A stretch of 64,000 bases of DNA from Candidatus Dormiibacterota bacterium (lineage in GTDB: Bacteria > Chloroflexota > Dormibacteria > Aeolococcales > Aeolococcaceae): NCBI GenBank assembly GCA_036844485.1, contig DAIUFS010000002.1, forward strand, positions 11,085 to 75,084, in the 5' to 3' direction. Below, piece by piece: positions 7,199-16,518 of this stretch; positions within the stretch are counted from its first letter, which is position 1, and each line of letters starts with the position of its first letter. The translations under genes were made by a program, and so were the position numbers. The notes under the pieces were generated by a model, which was not told where the DNA came from, did no database searches, and saw only the letters and a program-made list of their open reading frames with translations.

Positions 7199-8590
7199 TC
7201 AGCGTCCCTGCAGGCGCGTGACCCATCGCGCGCGCCGCGAGCGGCGCCCGGTGCGACGTTCGACATCGTCCGCGCTGCGCATCGCGCGCACGCTGAGATT
7301 GACGGCGAGCCATCGCAGCGGTTCAGGCTCCCAGCGGCGCGAGCGATGCTGCACCCACGGCAGGCGGGTCAGGTCCGTCTCGCGCGAGAGAATGAGATCG
7401 GCGAGCGTTCGGCCCGCCACGTTGCTGGCGGTCACGCCGTCGCCCACGTATCCCCCGGCCGAGGCGATGCCGCGCTCCCGGTCGATGGTCACCGATGGCC
7501 ACCAGTCCCTGGCGACCCCGATCGGTCCGCCCCAGCGATGGGTCACGGGCACATCCCGCGACTGCGGTATCAACTCGTGGAGCGCTTGCTCGAGAGCCGC
7601 AAAGACCCCGGGCTCGCGATCGAAACCGTCGGCGACGCGCGACCCGATGTGGTACGGCGCCCCGCGCCCTCCAAAAGCGATCCGACCGTCTGCGGTGCGC
7701 TGCGCGTAGATGATCAGGTGACGTCCGTCGTTGAGCGTCTCTCCCCGGGACCAGCGGATCTCCGCCCACGCCCGGTCCGGCAGCGGCGCGGTGGCGATCA
7801 TCAACGAGTAGAGGGGAAGGACAGAGCGACGCTCGCCCCTCAGGGCGGAGGTGTACGCCTCGGTGGCGCGGACCACGGTCTGGGCGCGGGCGGTTCCCCG
7901 TGTGGTGACAGCCGCGTGCGCCCTCAACTCGGTCACAGTCGTCTGCTCGACGATGCGTCCGCCGAGGCCCTCCACCGCACGTGCCAGGCCGCGCACCAGC
8001 TTGGCGGGATGAAGACGTGCACAGTGCGGTGTGTACTGCGCTCCCCGGCAGCCCGGCACGTGAATCCGCTGAGACACCTGGTCCGCGTCGAGCCAGCGCA
8101 CCCCCAGGTCGGCACCGTCCCGCGCCTGTGAGCTCACCGCCTCCGCACGAAGCTCCGCCTCCTGCAGGGCGGTCATCGCCAGGGTCAGGCAACCGCCTCT
8201 GACCAGGTCGGCGTCAAGGTGCTCGCGCCGAAGCGTGGCGGCGATGTCGTCGATCCCCTCGACGAGGGCATCGTGCATGGCCTGCGCGCTATCCAAGCCC
8301 ACCTCCGCGACCACGCGGTCCCACGACACAGGAAAGAGGTCGCTGCACCACCCGCCGTTGCGTCCGCTCGCGCCGAAGCCGGCTATCTCGCGCTCCAGGA
8401 TCAGAACCCGCAAGGTGGGGTCCTGTCGCAGCAGGGCATACGCCGTCCATAAGCCCGTGTAGCCCGCTCCCACGATGGCCACGTCGACAGTGCAGTCGCC
8501 GTCGAGCGCCGCTCGCGGCGACAGGTCGTCCTCCACTGTGTCGAGCCACAGGCTGAGCCGGCGATACCGCTGTGAGCCGGCGGCGGTCAC
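7199..8590 (-). CDS. FAD-dependent oxidoreductase (DAO family, gamma-glutamylputrescine/amine oxidase-like)
   Basis: VDVAIVGAGYTGLWTA dinucleotide-binding motif, plus FGASGRNGGW. The GTG start overlaps the stop of the upstream aldehyde dehydrogenase (GTGA). Confidence 0.85.
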   Translation of the reverse strand: MTAAGSQRYRRLSLWLDTVEDDLSPRAALDGDCTVDVAIVGAGYTGLWTAYALLRQDPTLRVLILEREIAGFGASGRNGGWCSDLFPVSWDRVVAEVGLDSAQAMHDALVEGIDDIAATLRREHLDADLVRGGCLTLAMTALQEAELRAEAVSSQARDGADLGVRWLDADQVSQRIHVPGCRGAQYTPHCARLHPAKLVRGLARAVEGLGGRIVEQTTVTELRAHAAVTTRGTARAQTVVRATEAYTSALRGERRSVLPLYSLMIATAPLPDRAWAEIRWSRGETLNDGRHLIIYAQRTADGRIAFGGRGAPYHIGSRVADGFDREPGVFAALEQALHELIPQSRDVPVTHRWGGPIGVARDWWPSVTIDRERGIASAGGYVGDGVTASNVAGRTLADLILSRETDLTRLPWVQHRSRRWEPEPLRWLAVNLSVRAMRSADDVERRTGRRSRRARWVTRLQGR

Positions 8591-10032
8591 GCCCCGATGT
8601 TCGACATCACGTGCTTGATGCGGGTGTAGTCGTTGAACCCGTACATGGACAGATCCTTGCCGTACCCGGAATGCTTGAACCCCCCATGCGGCATCTCCGA
8701 AACCAGCGGGATGTGGGTGTTGATCCAGACGCAGCCGAAATCGAGCAGCCGCGACATCCGCATGGCACGGCCGTGGTCACGCGTCCACACACTGGCCGCC
8801 AGCCCGTACTCCACTCCGTTCGCCCAGCGCAGTGCCTCGTCCTCGTCGGCGAAGCGCTGCACGGTGACCACCGGGCCGAAGATCTCCTGCTGGATCATGT
8901 CGTCTTCCTGGCGCAGCCCGGATACGACCGTGGCCTCCTGGAAGAATCCGGGCCCGTGCGCCGCACCGCCACCCGCGGCGAGAGAGGCATGGTCGGGCAT
9001 CCGGTCGAGAAAGCTGCGCACCCGGGCGAGCTGGTCGCGGTTGTTGAGTGGACCGTACGCGGCGTCGACATCCGAAGGCGGTCCCGTGTGGACGGTCTTG
9101 GCCTGCGCCGCCAGCGCGCTGAGAAAGTCGTCGTGCACGCGCGGACCGGCGAGGACGCGCGTGGCCGCTGTGCAATCCTGCCCGGCGTTGAAGTACGCGG
9201 CTCCCGCGATCAGCTCGGCGGCCGCCTCGACGTCGGCGTCGTCGAAGACGATGACGGGCGCCTTGCCGCCAAGCTCGAGATGGACACGCTTGAGGTCAGC
9301 CGCGGCCGCCTGGGCAACCTCGCGACCGGCGCGCACGCTGCCCGTGATCGATACCATCGCCGGGATGGGGTGGGACACGACCGCGGCCCCGGTGCTGCGG
9401 TCACCGCAGACCACGTTGAGGACGCCGGGTGGGAGCGCCTCGCGGGCGAGCTCCGCCATCCGCACGGTGGTCAGGGGCGTGGTCTCTGACGGCTTCAGCA
9501 CCACCGTGTTGCCCGCCGCGATCGCCGGAGCGAACTTCCACGCCGCCATCAGCATCGGGTAGTTCCACGGGGTCACCTGGCCGCAGACACCGACCGGTTC
9601 GCGACGGATCCAGCTGGTATGCCCGGCCATGTATTCGGTCGAGGCCGAGCCTTCCAGACAGCGCGCCGCGCCCGCCATGAATCGGAGCGTGTCGTACAGC
9701 ATGGGCATCTCTTCGCTCTCGGTGAGAGCGATTGGCTTGCCGGTGTTGCGGCACTCCAGCTCCACCAGCTCGCGACCGTGCGCCTCGAGGATCTCCGCGA
9801 AGCGCAGCAGCGCCAGGCTGCGCTCCTTGGGTGTGGCATCGCGCCATGCCGGGAAGGCGCTGTGAGCGGCGCGGTAGGCGGCGTCCACGTCGTCGGCCCC
9901 GGACAGAGGAGAGTGGGCGAAGACCTCGCCGGTGGATGGGTCGACAATCGAGAGCGTGGTTCCACCACGCGGCTCCACCAGCTCGCCGCCCACCACGTTG
10001 CGCACCGTGTCCAACGTCACAGCCATGTCCAA
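8587..10032 (-). CDS. NAD(P)-dependent aldehyde dehydrogenase (aminobutyraldehyde dehydrogenase-like)
   Basis: Full-length ALDH with ELGGKAP, a FNAGQDCTA catalytic-Cys region, and PHGGFKHSGYG. Confidence 0.9.
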   Translation of the reverse strand: MDMAVTLDTVRNVVGGELVEPRGGTTLSIVDPSTGEVFAHSPLSGADDVDAAYRAAHSAFPAWRDATPKERSLALLRFAEILEAHGRELVELECRNTGKPIALTESEEMPMLYDTLRFMAGAARCLEGSASTEYMAGHTSWIRREPVGVCGQVTPWNYPMLMAAWKFAPAIAAGNTVVLKPSETTPLTTVRMAELAREALPPGVLNVVCGDRSTGAAVVSHPIPAMVSITGSVRAGREVAQAAAADLKRVHLELGGKAPVIVFDDADVEAAAELIAGAAYFNAGQDCTAATRVLAGPRVHDDFLSALAAQAKTVHTGPPSDVDAAYGPLNNRDQLARVRSFLDRMPDHASLAAGGGAAHGPGFFQEATVVSGLRQEDDMIQQEIFGPVVTVQRFADEDEALRWANGVEYGLAASVWTRDHGRAMRMSRLLDFGCVWINTHIPLVSEMPHGGFKHSGYGKDLSMYGFNDYTRIKHVMSNIGA

Positions 10033-10053
10033 CCCCCGATGTGAGTGACCGCG

Positions 10054-10914
10054 TCAGAAGCTGCGCGGAGTGTTGATCCAGAGCACCCGGGTGACAACGC
10101 TGCCCGGGTTCCACCAGCGGTGCCGGCGATGCGATTCAAAACACAGCGACATCCCGGCCTCGATATCGAACTGTTCGCGACCGTCCAGTGTGATCGACAG
10201 CGTGCCTTCGACGACGTACAGGAACTCCTCACCGTCGTGAGCGTATTCCTCACCGCTACCATGGCCCGGCTCGACACTGAAGCGTTGCGGCTCGAGAAGC
10301 CGAGCCGTCCCTGAGAGGTCTTCGATGCGCACGCCGGGCACAGGGAGGTCGAGCGGCACCACCTCGCCTCCGAGCACCTGGCAAGCGGGCGCGCGGACGG
10401 CGACGAGCTCGGCAACGCTCGTTCCCAGTGCCGCGCTCAGCTTCTGCAGTGACGCCACTGAAGGCTGCACCGCGCCGCGCTCAACGCCCGAGACCAGCGA
10501 CGGCGAGAGGCCGGCGGCGCCGGCAAGCGCGCGCAGCGAGAGCTCACGCTCGATGCGCTTCTCGCGAAGGCGGGCGCCCAAGTTGGACACGGGGGCGGTC
10601 GCCGCGGTCGCCGCACGAGGGCGTGACCGTCCCCTCGCGCCGTGAAGGCGGCGGCGGATGGCATGGACCGCGAGACCCTCGACCTCGCGAAGGCGGTGCA
10701 CCTCGCGAGCCCGCACCACGTCGCCGGTGTCGTAGGTCCGCCAGCCGGAGGCATTGCGCGATGAGCGCACCAAGCCGTGCTGCTCCCAGGCGCGGAGCGT
10801 GGACGGGCTGATCCCGACCATGCGCGCCACCTCGCTCACCGAGTAGCGACCCACCCCCGAGGTGCTCACGACCCACTCCAACGCCGTGGTGGACCCACTT
10901 GACGAGCGTACCAC
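10054..10914 (-). CDS. three-domain transcriptional regulator: MerR-type HTH + XRE-type HTH + cupin
   Basis: MerR-like YSVSEVARMVGISPSTLRAWEQHGLV. XRE-like LREKRIERELSLRALAGAAGLSPSLVSGVERG. Cupin-like HDGEEFLYVVEGTLSITLDG...ESHRRHRWWN. Confidence 0.75.
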   Translation of the reverse strand: MVRSSSGSTTALEWVVSTSGVGRYSVSEVARMVGISPSTLRAWEQHGLVRSSRNASGWRTYDTGDVVRAREVHRLREVEGLAVHAIRRRLHGARGRSRPRAATAATAPVSNLGARLREKRIERELSLRALAGAAGLSPSLVSGVERGAVQPSVASLQKLSAALGTSVAELVAVRAPACQVLGGEVVPLDLPVPGVRIEDLSGTARLLEPQRFSVEPGHGSGEEYAHDGEEFLYVVEGTLSITLDGREQFDIEAGMSLCFESHRRHRWWNPGSVVTRVLWINTPRSF

Positions 10915-10987
10915 CCGCCGCTAGGGTGTGCACCGCTCCTTGCAGATGTTCTGCAAGATGAGACGGCCACGCCCGGGGGAGGAGACA

Positions 10988-12526
10988 ATGGCTACGGTCG
11001 CAGAACCAGTGGTCCACGGAAAGCCCGTGGTCTCGCAGCTGAAGACGAACACGCTCAACCTCTTCGACACGACAGTCATCGCGACCTCCAGCGTTGCCCC
11101 CGCTTACACGTTGGCGGCTACCGCGGCGATACTGATCGCCGCCGTCGGCCTGCAGTCGCCGGCGGCGCTCCTGGTCGGGTTCTTTCCGGTTCTGTTCATC
11201 GCCATCGCGTACTACTACCTGAACCGGATGGATCCGAACTGCGGCGCGTCCTACTCCTGGGTGAGCCGCACCCTCAACCCGTACATCGGCTGGATATCCG
11301 GGTGGGTCCAGCTCGCGGCCAACGTGCTGTTCTGCGCGGCGGCACCGATCGTGGCAGGCACGTACACGCTGCAGCTGCTCAACAGCCTCTTCCCCGGCCA
11401 GATCAGCTCTACGGCGGCCGGCGACGCCCACCTGATCGCGGTGATCGGCATCGCCTGGCTGCTGTTTGTCACCTTCATGGTGGTGCGCGGCATCCGCGTT
11501 ACCGCAAATTTCCAGTGGATCCTCGTGTTCATCGAATACCTAATCGTCCTCGGCTTCGCCGTGTACGCGATCATCAAGGTGGTGACGGGCAACGCGCCGA
11601 CCGCAAGCCACGTGGCCAGCAACTGGTTCAACCCCTTCTCACTGGGGAGCCTGGACAGCGTCGTGATCGGCGGACTGCTCGCCGTCTTCTTCTTCTGGGG
11701 TTGGGACACAGCCGCGAACGTCAATGAGGAGTCAAAGGACGCCAACACCTCACCAGGCCTCGCCGGCATCTTCAGCATGTTCATCCTGCTCTTCATCTTC
11801 CTGATCGCTGCCACGGCGATTCAGGTCTTCCTCTCTCAAACGGCGATCAACGACCCCAACAACCAGGGTGACATCCTCTACTTTTTCGCGCAGCAGCTCA
11901 CAGGGACACCGATCGCCTACTTCATGATCCTGGCGGTGCTGTCGTCGACTGTCGCAACCACGCAGACGACTCTGCTGCCCTCGAGCAGGCTCTCGTTCTC
12001 CATGGCGCGCGACGGCGTGTTTCCCAAGTGGTTTGGCCTCGTCCACCCTTCGTGGAAGACGCCCTGGCTGGGAACGATCATCTCCTCGGCACTCGCCATC
12101 GCGATCATCGTCGTGACCCTCCTGGTCAGCTCAGTCAACACCGTGTTCAGTAACCTCATCCTGGACATCGGAGTGCTGGTCGCCGTGTACTACGGCATCA
12201 CCGGGTTCGCTTCCGCGTGGGCCTTCCGCAAGGTGCTCCTCACGAGCTTCAGCAGGTTCGTCTTCGCTGGACTCCTGCCTGTCGTCGGGGGCCTGGCACT
12301 CTTCTTCTTCGCCTACTCGGACCTCGTTCCATCCGGGGTGCTCCCCTTCGCCAACGCGACGGACTGGGGAACGGGCCTGCCCATCCTCATCACCATCGGC
12401 CTCGGCGTACCGCTCGTGCTCATCGCGAAGGTCGCCGACCGCTCGGGCTTCTTCCGCGAGAAGACGGTGTCGTATGTCACGGTGGACGGCAGGCTGACGG
12501 CGTCGCCGGCGGCCCCGATCAGCTAG
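10988..12526 (+). CDS. APC superfamily amino acid/polyamine permease
   Basis: About 12 TM segments with the APC-style N-terminus LNLFDTTVIATSSVAPAYTLA. Start set at the ATG at 10988, which follows GGAGGAG. Confidence 0.85.
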   Translation: MATVAEPVVHGKPVVSQLKTNTLNLFDTTVIATSSVAPAYTLAATAAILIAAVGLQSPAALLVGFFPVLFIAIAYYYLNRMDPNCGASYSWVSRTLNPYIGWISGWVQLAANVLFCAAAPIVAGTYTLQLLNSLFPGQISSTAAGDAHLIAVIGIAWLLFVTFMVVRGIRVTANFQWILVFIEYLIVLGFAVYAIIKVVTGNAPTASHVASNWFNPFSLGSLDSVVIGGLLAVFFFWGWDTAANVNEESKDANTSPGLAGIFSMFILLFIFLIAATAIQVFLSQTAINDPNNQGDILYFFAQQLTGTPIAYFMILAVLSSTVATTQTTLLPSSRLSFSMARDGVFPKWFGLVHPSWKTPWLGTIISSALAIAIIVVTLLVSSVNTVFSNLILDIGVLVAVYYGITGFASAWAFRKVLLTSFSRFVFAGLLPVVGGLALFFFAYSDLVPSGVLPFANATDWGTGLPILITIGLGVPLVLIAKVADRSGFFREKTVSYVTVDGRLTASPAAPIS

Positions 12527-12531
12527 CCCCC

Positions 12532-13860
12532 ATGCCCAACGCTGAGCTTCAGCAGCAGAGGGAGAGCTCGGTGGCCCGCGGCATGGGTTCCACCATGGCC
12601 GGGTTCGCGCACTCCGCCGAGGGTGCGACGCTGGTCGATGCGGACGGTCGGCGCTATCTCGACTTCGCCAGCGGTATCAGCGTGACCAACCTCGGCCACG
12701 GGCACCCCGACGTGCTCGCGGCCATCCACGCGCAGGTGGACCTCCTCATCAACTCGGGCGGCCCGGTGATGCTGCCGGACGTGTACGTCCAGCTCTGTGC
12801 GCGCCTCTGCGCCCTCGCCCCGGTTCGCGCGCCGGCGCGAGCTCTGCTCGTCAACAGCGGCGCGGAAGCTGTCGAGAATGCTGTGAAGATCGTGCGCCAG
12901 GCAACGGGGCGGCCGGCCATCATCAGCTTCCACAACAGCTTCCACGGCCGCACGCTGATGGCGATGAGCCTCACCGGCAAGGTGCACCCCTACAAGCAGA
13001 ACTTCGGACCCTACGCAGCCGAGGTGTACCAGGCGCCGTATCCGTACTCGTACCACGACCAGACGGCCGACGAGAGCCTGGACGCGCTCCAGACGCTGTT
13101 CGCTTCGCAGGTCCCTCCCGACCGCGTGGCGGGGGTGATCGTCGAGCCGATCCAGGGCGAGGGCGGATTCGTCGTGCCCCCGCCGGACTTTCTGCCCCGG
13201 CTGGCGGGGCTGCTCGGCGAGCTCGACATCCCGCTCATCGCCGATGAGATCCAGACCGGCATCGGCCGCACCGGCGAGCTCTTCGCGGTGACTCATTTCG
13301 GCGTGGAGCCGGACCTGGTGCTGCTCGCCAAATCGCTGGGCGGGGGCCTGCCCCTGGCGGCGGTGGTGGGTCGCGCCGAGTTGATGGACGCAACCGCGCC
13401 GGGCGGGCTCGGCGGGACGTTCGGCGGCAATCCCGTCGCCTGTGCCGCGGCGCTGGCAGTGCTCGAGGTGATCGAGCGGGACGGCATCTGCGCACGCGCG
13501 CGTGACATCGGTGCCATCGCGATCCGGCGTATGCAGGCCATGCAGGAGCGGTATACGTGCATCGGCGACGTGCGCGGGATCGGCGCCATGACTGCCATGG
13601 AGCTGGTCAACAACGGCTCCAGCCGTGAGCCGGCGCCTGCTCTCACCGCCGCCGTGCTGCGCGAGGCGCACGCCCGCGGCCTGGTATTGCTCCGTGCCGG
13701 GCTGTATGACAATGTCATCCGACTGCTGATGCCGCTGACGATCGGCGATACGGAGCTGGCAGCCGGGTTGGACATCATCGAGCAGGCACTCGAGGCCGCC
13801 CTCGCCGCCACCACAGCCGCCGAGGTGGCGGCCACCACGAGGAGTGACCATGGCAACTGA
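12532..13860 (+). CDS. gabT: class-III PLP aminotransferase, 4-aminobutyrate aminotransferase-like
   Basis: YLDFASGISVTNLGHGHPDV, FHGRT, ADEIQTGIGRTG and LAKSLGGGLP motifs. ATG at 12532 lies just after the permease stop. Confidence 0.8.
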   Translation: MPNAELQQQRESSVARGMGSTMAGFAHSAEGATLVDADGRRYLDFASGISVTNLGHGHPDVLAAIHAQVDLLINSGGPVMLPDVYVQLCARLCALAPVRAPARALLVNSGAEAVENAVKIVRQATGRPAIISFHNSFHGRTLMAMSLTGKVHPYKQNFGPYAAEVYQAPYPYSYHDQTADESLDALQTLFASQVPPDRVAGVIVEPIQGEGGFVVPPPDFLPRLAGLLGELDIPLIADEIQTGIGRTGELFAVTHFGVEPDLVLLAKSLGGGLPLAAVVGRAELMDATAPGGLGGTFGGNPVACAAALAVLEVIERDGICARARDIGAIAIRRMQAMQERYTCIGDVRGIGAMTAMELVNNGSSREPAPALTAAVLREAHARGLVLLRAGLYDNVIRLLMPLTIGDTELAAGLDIIEQALEAALAATTAAEVAATTRSDHGN

Positions 13861-15226
13861 CGTGCACGTCGCCGCCATCGACCCGAAGCGAATCGCTGAG
13901 CTCACTGAGCACGAGGAGCGCGAGTTCATCTCCAAGCGGCAGAGGTCGCGCGAGCTCTGGGAGCGTGCGTCAAAGGCGATGCCGCGGGGGGTCCCGTCGT
14001 CGTTCCAGGACACCCCGCCGCAGCCGGTGTTCATCGACCGCGGCCAGGGCAGCCGCGCCTGGGACGTCGACGGCAACGAGTACATCGACTTCCACAACGG
14101 GTTCGGCGTCATGGTGGTGGGACACGCTCACCCCGCCGTGGTGGCGGCGGTCACCGACCGCATCGCGCGCGGATCCCATTTCGCCCAACCCGTCGCCGAG
14201 GACATCGCTGTCGCCGAGGAGCTGTCGCGCCGGTTCTCTCTGCCGCAATGGAGGTTCACCAACAGCGGCACGGAATCGACACTCGATGCGGTGCGGCTGG
14301 CGCGCGGCTTCACCGGCCGCGAACGCCTGGTGAAGATCGAGGCGTCGTATCACGGCCACCACGATTCGCTTCTGGTCAGCGTCGAGCCGCCTCGCGAGCT
14401 CATGGGCCCGGCCGACATGCCCAACTCCGTGCGCTATTGCGAGGGCATTCCCCAGGCCAGTGTGGATCTGGTCACGGTTGTCCCCTTCAATGATCTCGAT
14501 GCGATGGAGCGCGCGTTCGCCGCCCACGACGACATCGCGGCGGTCGTCGTCGAGCCGGTGATGATGAACATCGGTATCGTCATGCCCGACGACGGCTACC
14601 TCGCCGCGATCCGCGATATCGCCCACCGCCACGGCGCGCTTCTGATCTTCGACGAGGTGAAGACGGGGGTGACCATCTCGGCGGGCGGAGCCACCGAGCG
14701 GTTCGGGGTGGTGCCGGACATCGTCTGCCTGGCCAAGGCGATCGGCGGAGGCCTTCCCTGTGGTGCCATCGGCGGTCGTGAGGATGTGATGGCCGTGATC
14801 ACCGATGGCCGGGTGGCCCAGATGGGCACCTTCAACGGCAACCCTCTGACCATTGCCGCGGCCCACGCTACGCTCTTCGAGGTGCTGACGCCGGCGGCGT
14901 ACTCGCACTTCGACGCTCTGGCCGAGGAGTTGCAGGGTGGACTCGAGGGTGTCATCGCGGAGCACGGGCTGCCCTTCCACGCTCTCACCCTGGCGGCGCG
15001 CGGCTGTGTCACGTACCGCAAGGACCGGGTGCGCAATTACCGCGACTACCTCGACATCGACAAGGCGGTGCCGTACCTCTCCTGGCTCTACCAGAGCAAC
15101 CGTGGCGTGCTCATGGCTCCGGGGGCGGAAGAGAACTGGACGCTCTCAGTCCAGCACAGTGACGGCGATGTGCGCCGCTACGTCGACAACTTCGCGGAAT
15201 TCGCCAGGGACCTGGTCGGATCCTGA
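13844..15226 (+). CDS. class-III PLP aminotransferase (glutamate-1-semialdehyde aminomutase-like subfamily)
   Basis: YIDFHNGFGVMVVGHAHP, NSGTESTLDAVRLAR, FDEVKTG and CLAKAIGGGLP. Overlaps the end of gabT. Confidence 0.8.
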   Translation: MTMATDVHVAAIDPKRIAELTEHEEREFISKRQRSRELWERASKAMPRGVPSSFQDTPPQPVFIDRGQGSRAWDVDGNEYIDFHNGFGVMVVGHAHPAVVAAVTDRIARGSHFAQPVAEDIAVAEELSRRFSLPQWRFTNSGTESTLDAVRLARGFTGRERLVKIEASYHGHHDSLLVSVEPPRELMGPADMPNSVRYCEGIPQASVDLVTVVPFNDLDAMERAFAAHDDIAAVVVEPVMMNIGIVMPDDGYLAAIRDIAHRHGALLIFDEVKTGVTISAGGATERFGVVPDIVCLAKAIGGGLPCGAIGGREDVMAVITDGRVAQMGTFNGNPLTIAAAHATLFEVLTPAAYSHFDALAEELQGGLEGVIAEHGLPFHALTLAARGCVTYRKDRVRNYRDYLDIDKAVPYLSWLYQSNRGVLMAPGAEENWTLSVQHSDGDVRRYVDNFAEFARDLVGS

Positions 15227-15240
15227 CTGGCAGGGAGGTG

Positions 15241-15279
15241 GCGGGGGAGGAGAGCGGGAGTGCATGCTCCCCTCCCCCT
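15241..15279. terminator. GC-rich hairpin between convergent genes (possible bidirectional terminator)
   Basis: GGGGGAGG-AGAGC-GGGAG-TGCATG-CTCCC-CTCCCCC, nested in a longer imperfect repeat (CCTGAC..CAGGGAGG / CCTCCCCCTGTCAGG). No T-tract. Confidence 0.45.
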
Positions 15280-15300
15280 GTCAGGACTGGCTGAGGATGG

Positions 15301-15492
15301 TTACGCGGCGTGCCAGCCGAGCGCTGGACCTGCCCGTTCCGCTGCGGCTGCTCGTTCCACCGATTCGATGATCTCCGCATCGCACCACAGGGCAACATCG
15401 CCGGCGCAGGCGGTGTCTCGGTCTACGAGTCCTCCATATGACACCGACACGTCGCTGCGGTCGAGTGGTGTCACGTTCGTCAGTGACTTCAT
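15301..15492 (-). CDS. possible small hypothetical protein (63 aa)
   Basis: MKSLTNVTPLDRSD... fills the gap downstream of phzF. Weak SD and no recognisable family. Confidence 0.25.
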   Translation of the reverse strand: MKSLTNVTPLDRSDVSVSYGGLVDRDTACAGDVALWCDAEIIESVERAAAAERAGPALGWHAA

Positions 15493-15608
15493 CTCTTGTG
15501 CTCCCAGCGTGTTGCGGTTGCTGAGTGCATCATGAGCCGAGCCGGTGCGCGAATCATCGTGCGCCGTACACCAACTTCTGCGCGGCCAGGTTGGGCGTGG
15601 GTACGGGC

Positions 15609-16481
15609 TCAGAGCGGAAGCGGGACGGCGGTTCCCGAGACCCGGATCCCTCCCCGACCGGGATCGATCGCCACCGTCAGCAGGCTGGGGCGGCCCATGT
15701 CGTCGCCCTGGTGGATGGTCACCGTCGCAGGCGGTCTGACCAGCCCCAACTCGCGCAGGTACGCACCCAGGGCGGCGGCGGCGGCTCCCGTGGCGGGGTC
15801 CTCGACCACCCCGCCCACCGGAAACGGCACGCGGGCGTGGAACTTCGTCGGATCCTCGCGCCAGACCAGCTGTACGGTCGTCCAGCCCTCGCTGGTCATG
15901 AGCGCCCGCAGCCGTTCGAAGTCGTAGGCGAGACCGGCGAGCACGGCGCGCGAACGGACGCCGAAGACGAGGTGATGGGCTCCGGCGAAGCTGTCGCGCG
16001 GCGGCAGGTGGGGGTCGATGTCGGCACCCGTCCACCCCAGCGCCGCGAGCGCTTCGGTGACGACCGGCTCGGACACGTCGGTGACCGCCGGCGTGACACT
16101 GGTCAGGGTGGCAGTCGTCCGTCCCTGATGGTCGGCGCTGACGCTGACTGCGACCTCTCCGCTCTGCGTCTGGAAACGCAGGTCGCCGCCGCGGTCGTGG
16201 TCGGCGAGCGCCACCGCAGAGGCAATGGTGGCGTGCCCGCAGAACGGCACCTCGGCAGCGGGGCTGAAGTAGCGGATCCGGTAGTCGCCCGGGCGCTCGA
16301 GCGGCCACAGGAACGCGGTCTCGCTGTACCCAACCTCGCGCGCGATGTCGAGCATGGTGGTCTCATCGAGGCCCTCGGCGTCCAGCACAATGCCCGCGGG
16401 GTTTCCCCCGGCGGGGTCATCGGAGAAGGCCGTGTAGCGGAGCACGTCGACGCCGTGAATCGGGCTGGTGACCGCGGTCAT
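15609..16481 (-). CDS. PhzF family isomerase/epimerase-fold protein
   Basis: FSDDPAGGNPAGIVLDAEGL...EVGYSETAFL and a C-terminal repeat of the DAP-epimerase-like fold. Start set at the ATG at 16481. Confidence 0.85.
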   Translation of the reverse strand: MTAVTSPIHGVDVLRYTAFSDDPAGGNPAGIVLDAEGLDETTMLDIAREVGYSETAFLWPLERPGDYRIRYFSPAAEVPFCGHATIASAVALADHDRGGDLRFQTQSGEVAVSVSADHQGRTTATLTSVTPAVTDVSEPVVTEALAALGWTGADIDPHLPPRDSFAGAHHLVFGVRSRAVLAGLAYDFERLRALMTSEGWTTVQLVWREDPTKFHARVPFPVGGVVEDPATGAAAAALGAYLRELGLVRPPATVTIHQGDDMGRPSLLTVAIDPGRGGIRVSGTAVPLPL

Positions 16482-16518
16482 CCGGCAATGATGCGCCGCG
16501 CCCCGCGGCGCGCGACCG

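Noticed and set aside
12523-14112. 529-aa minus-strand ORF opposite gabT.
   Set aside because: Antisense shadow of a clearly homologous aminotransferase. No motifs.
15301-16308. 335-aa minus-strand ORF overlapping phzF in another frame.
   Set aside because: Only its last 63 codons lie outside phzF (kept as a low-confidence small ORF). The rest is Arg/Pro-rich out-of-frame sequence.
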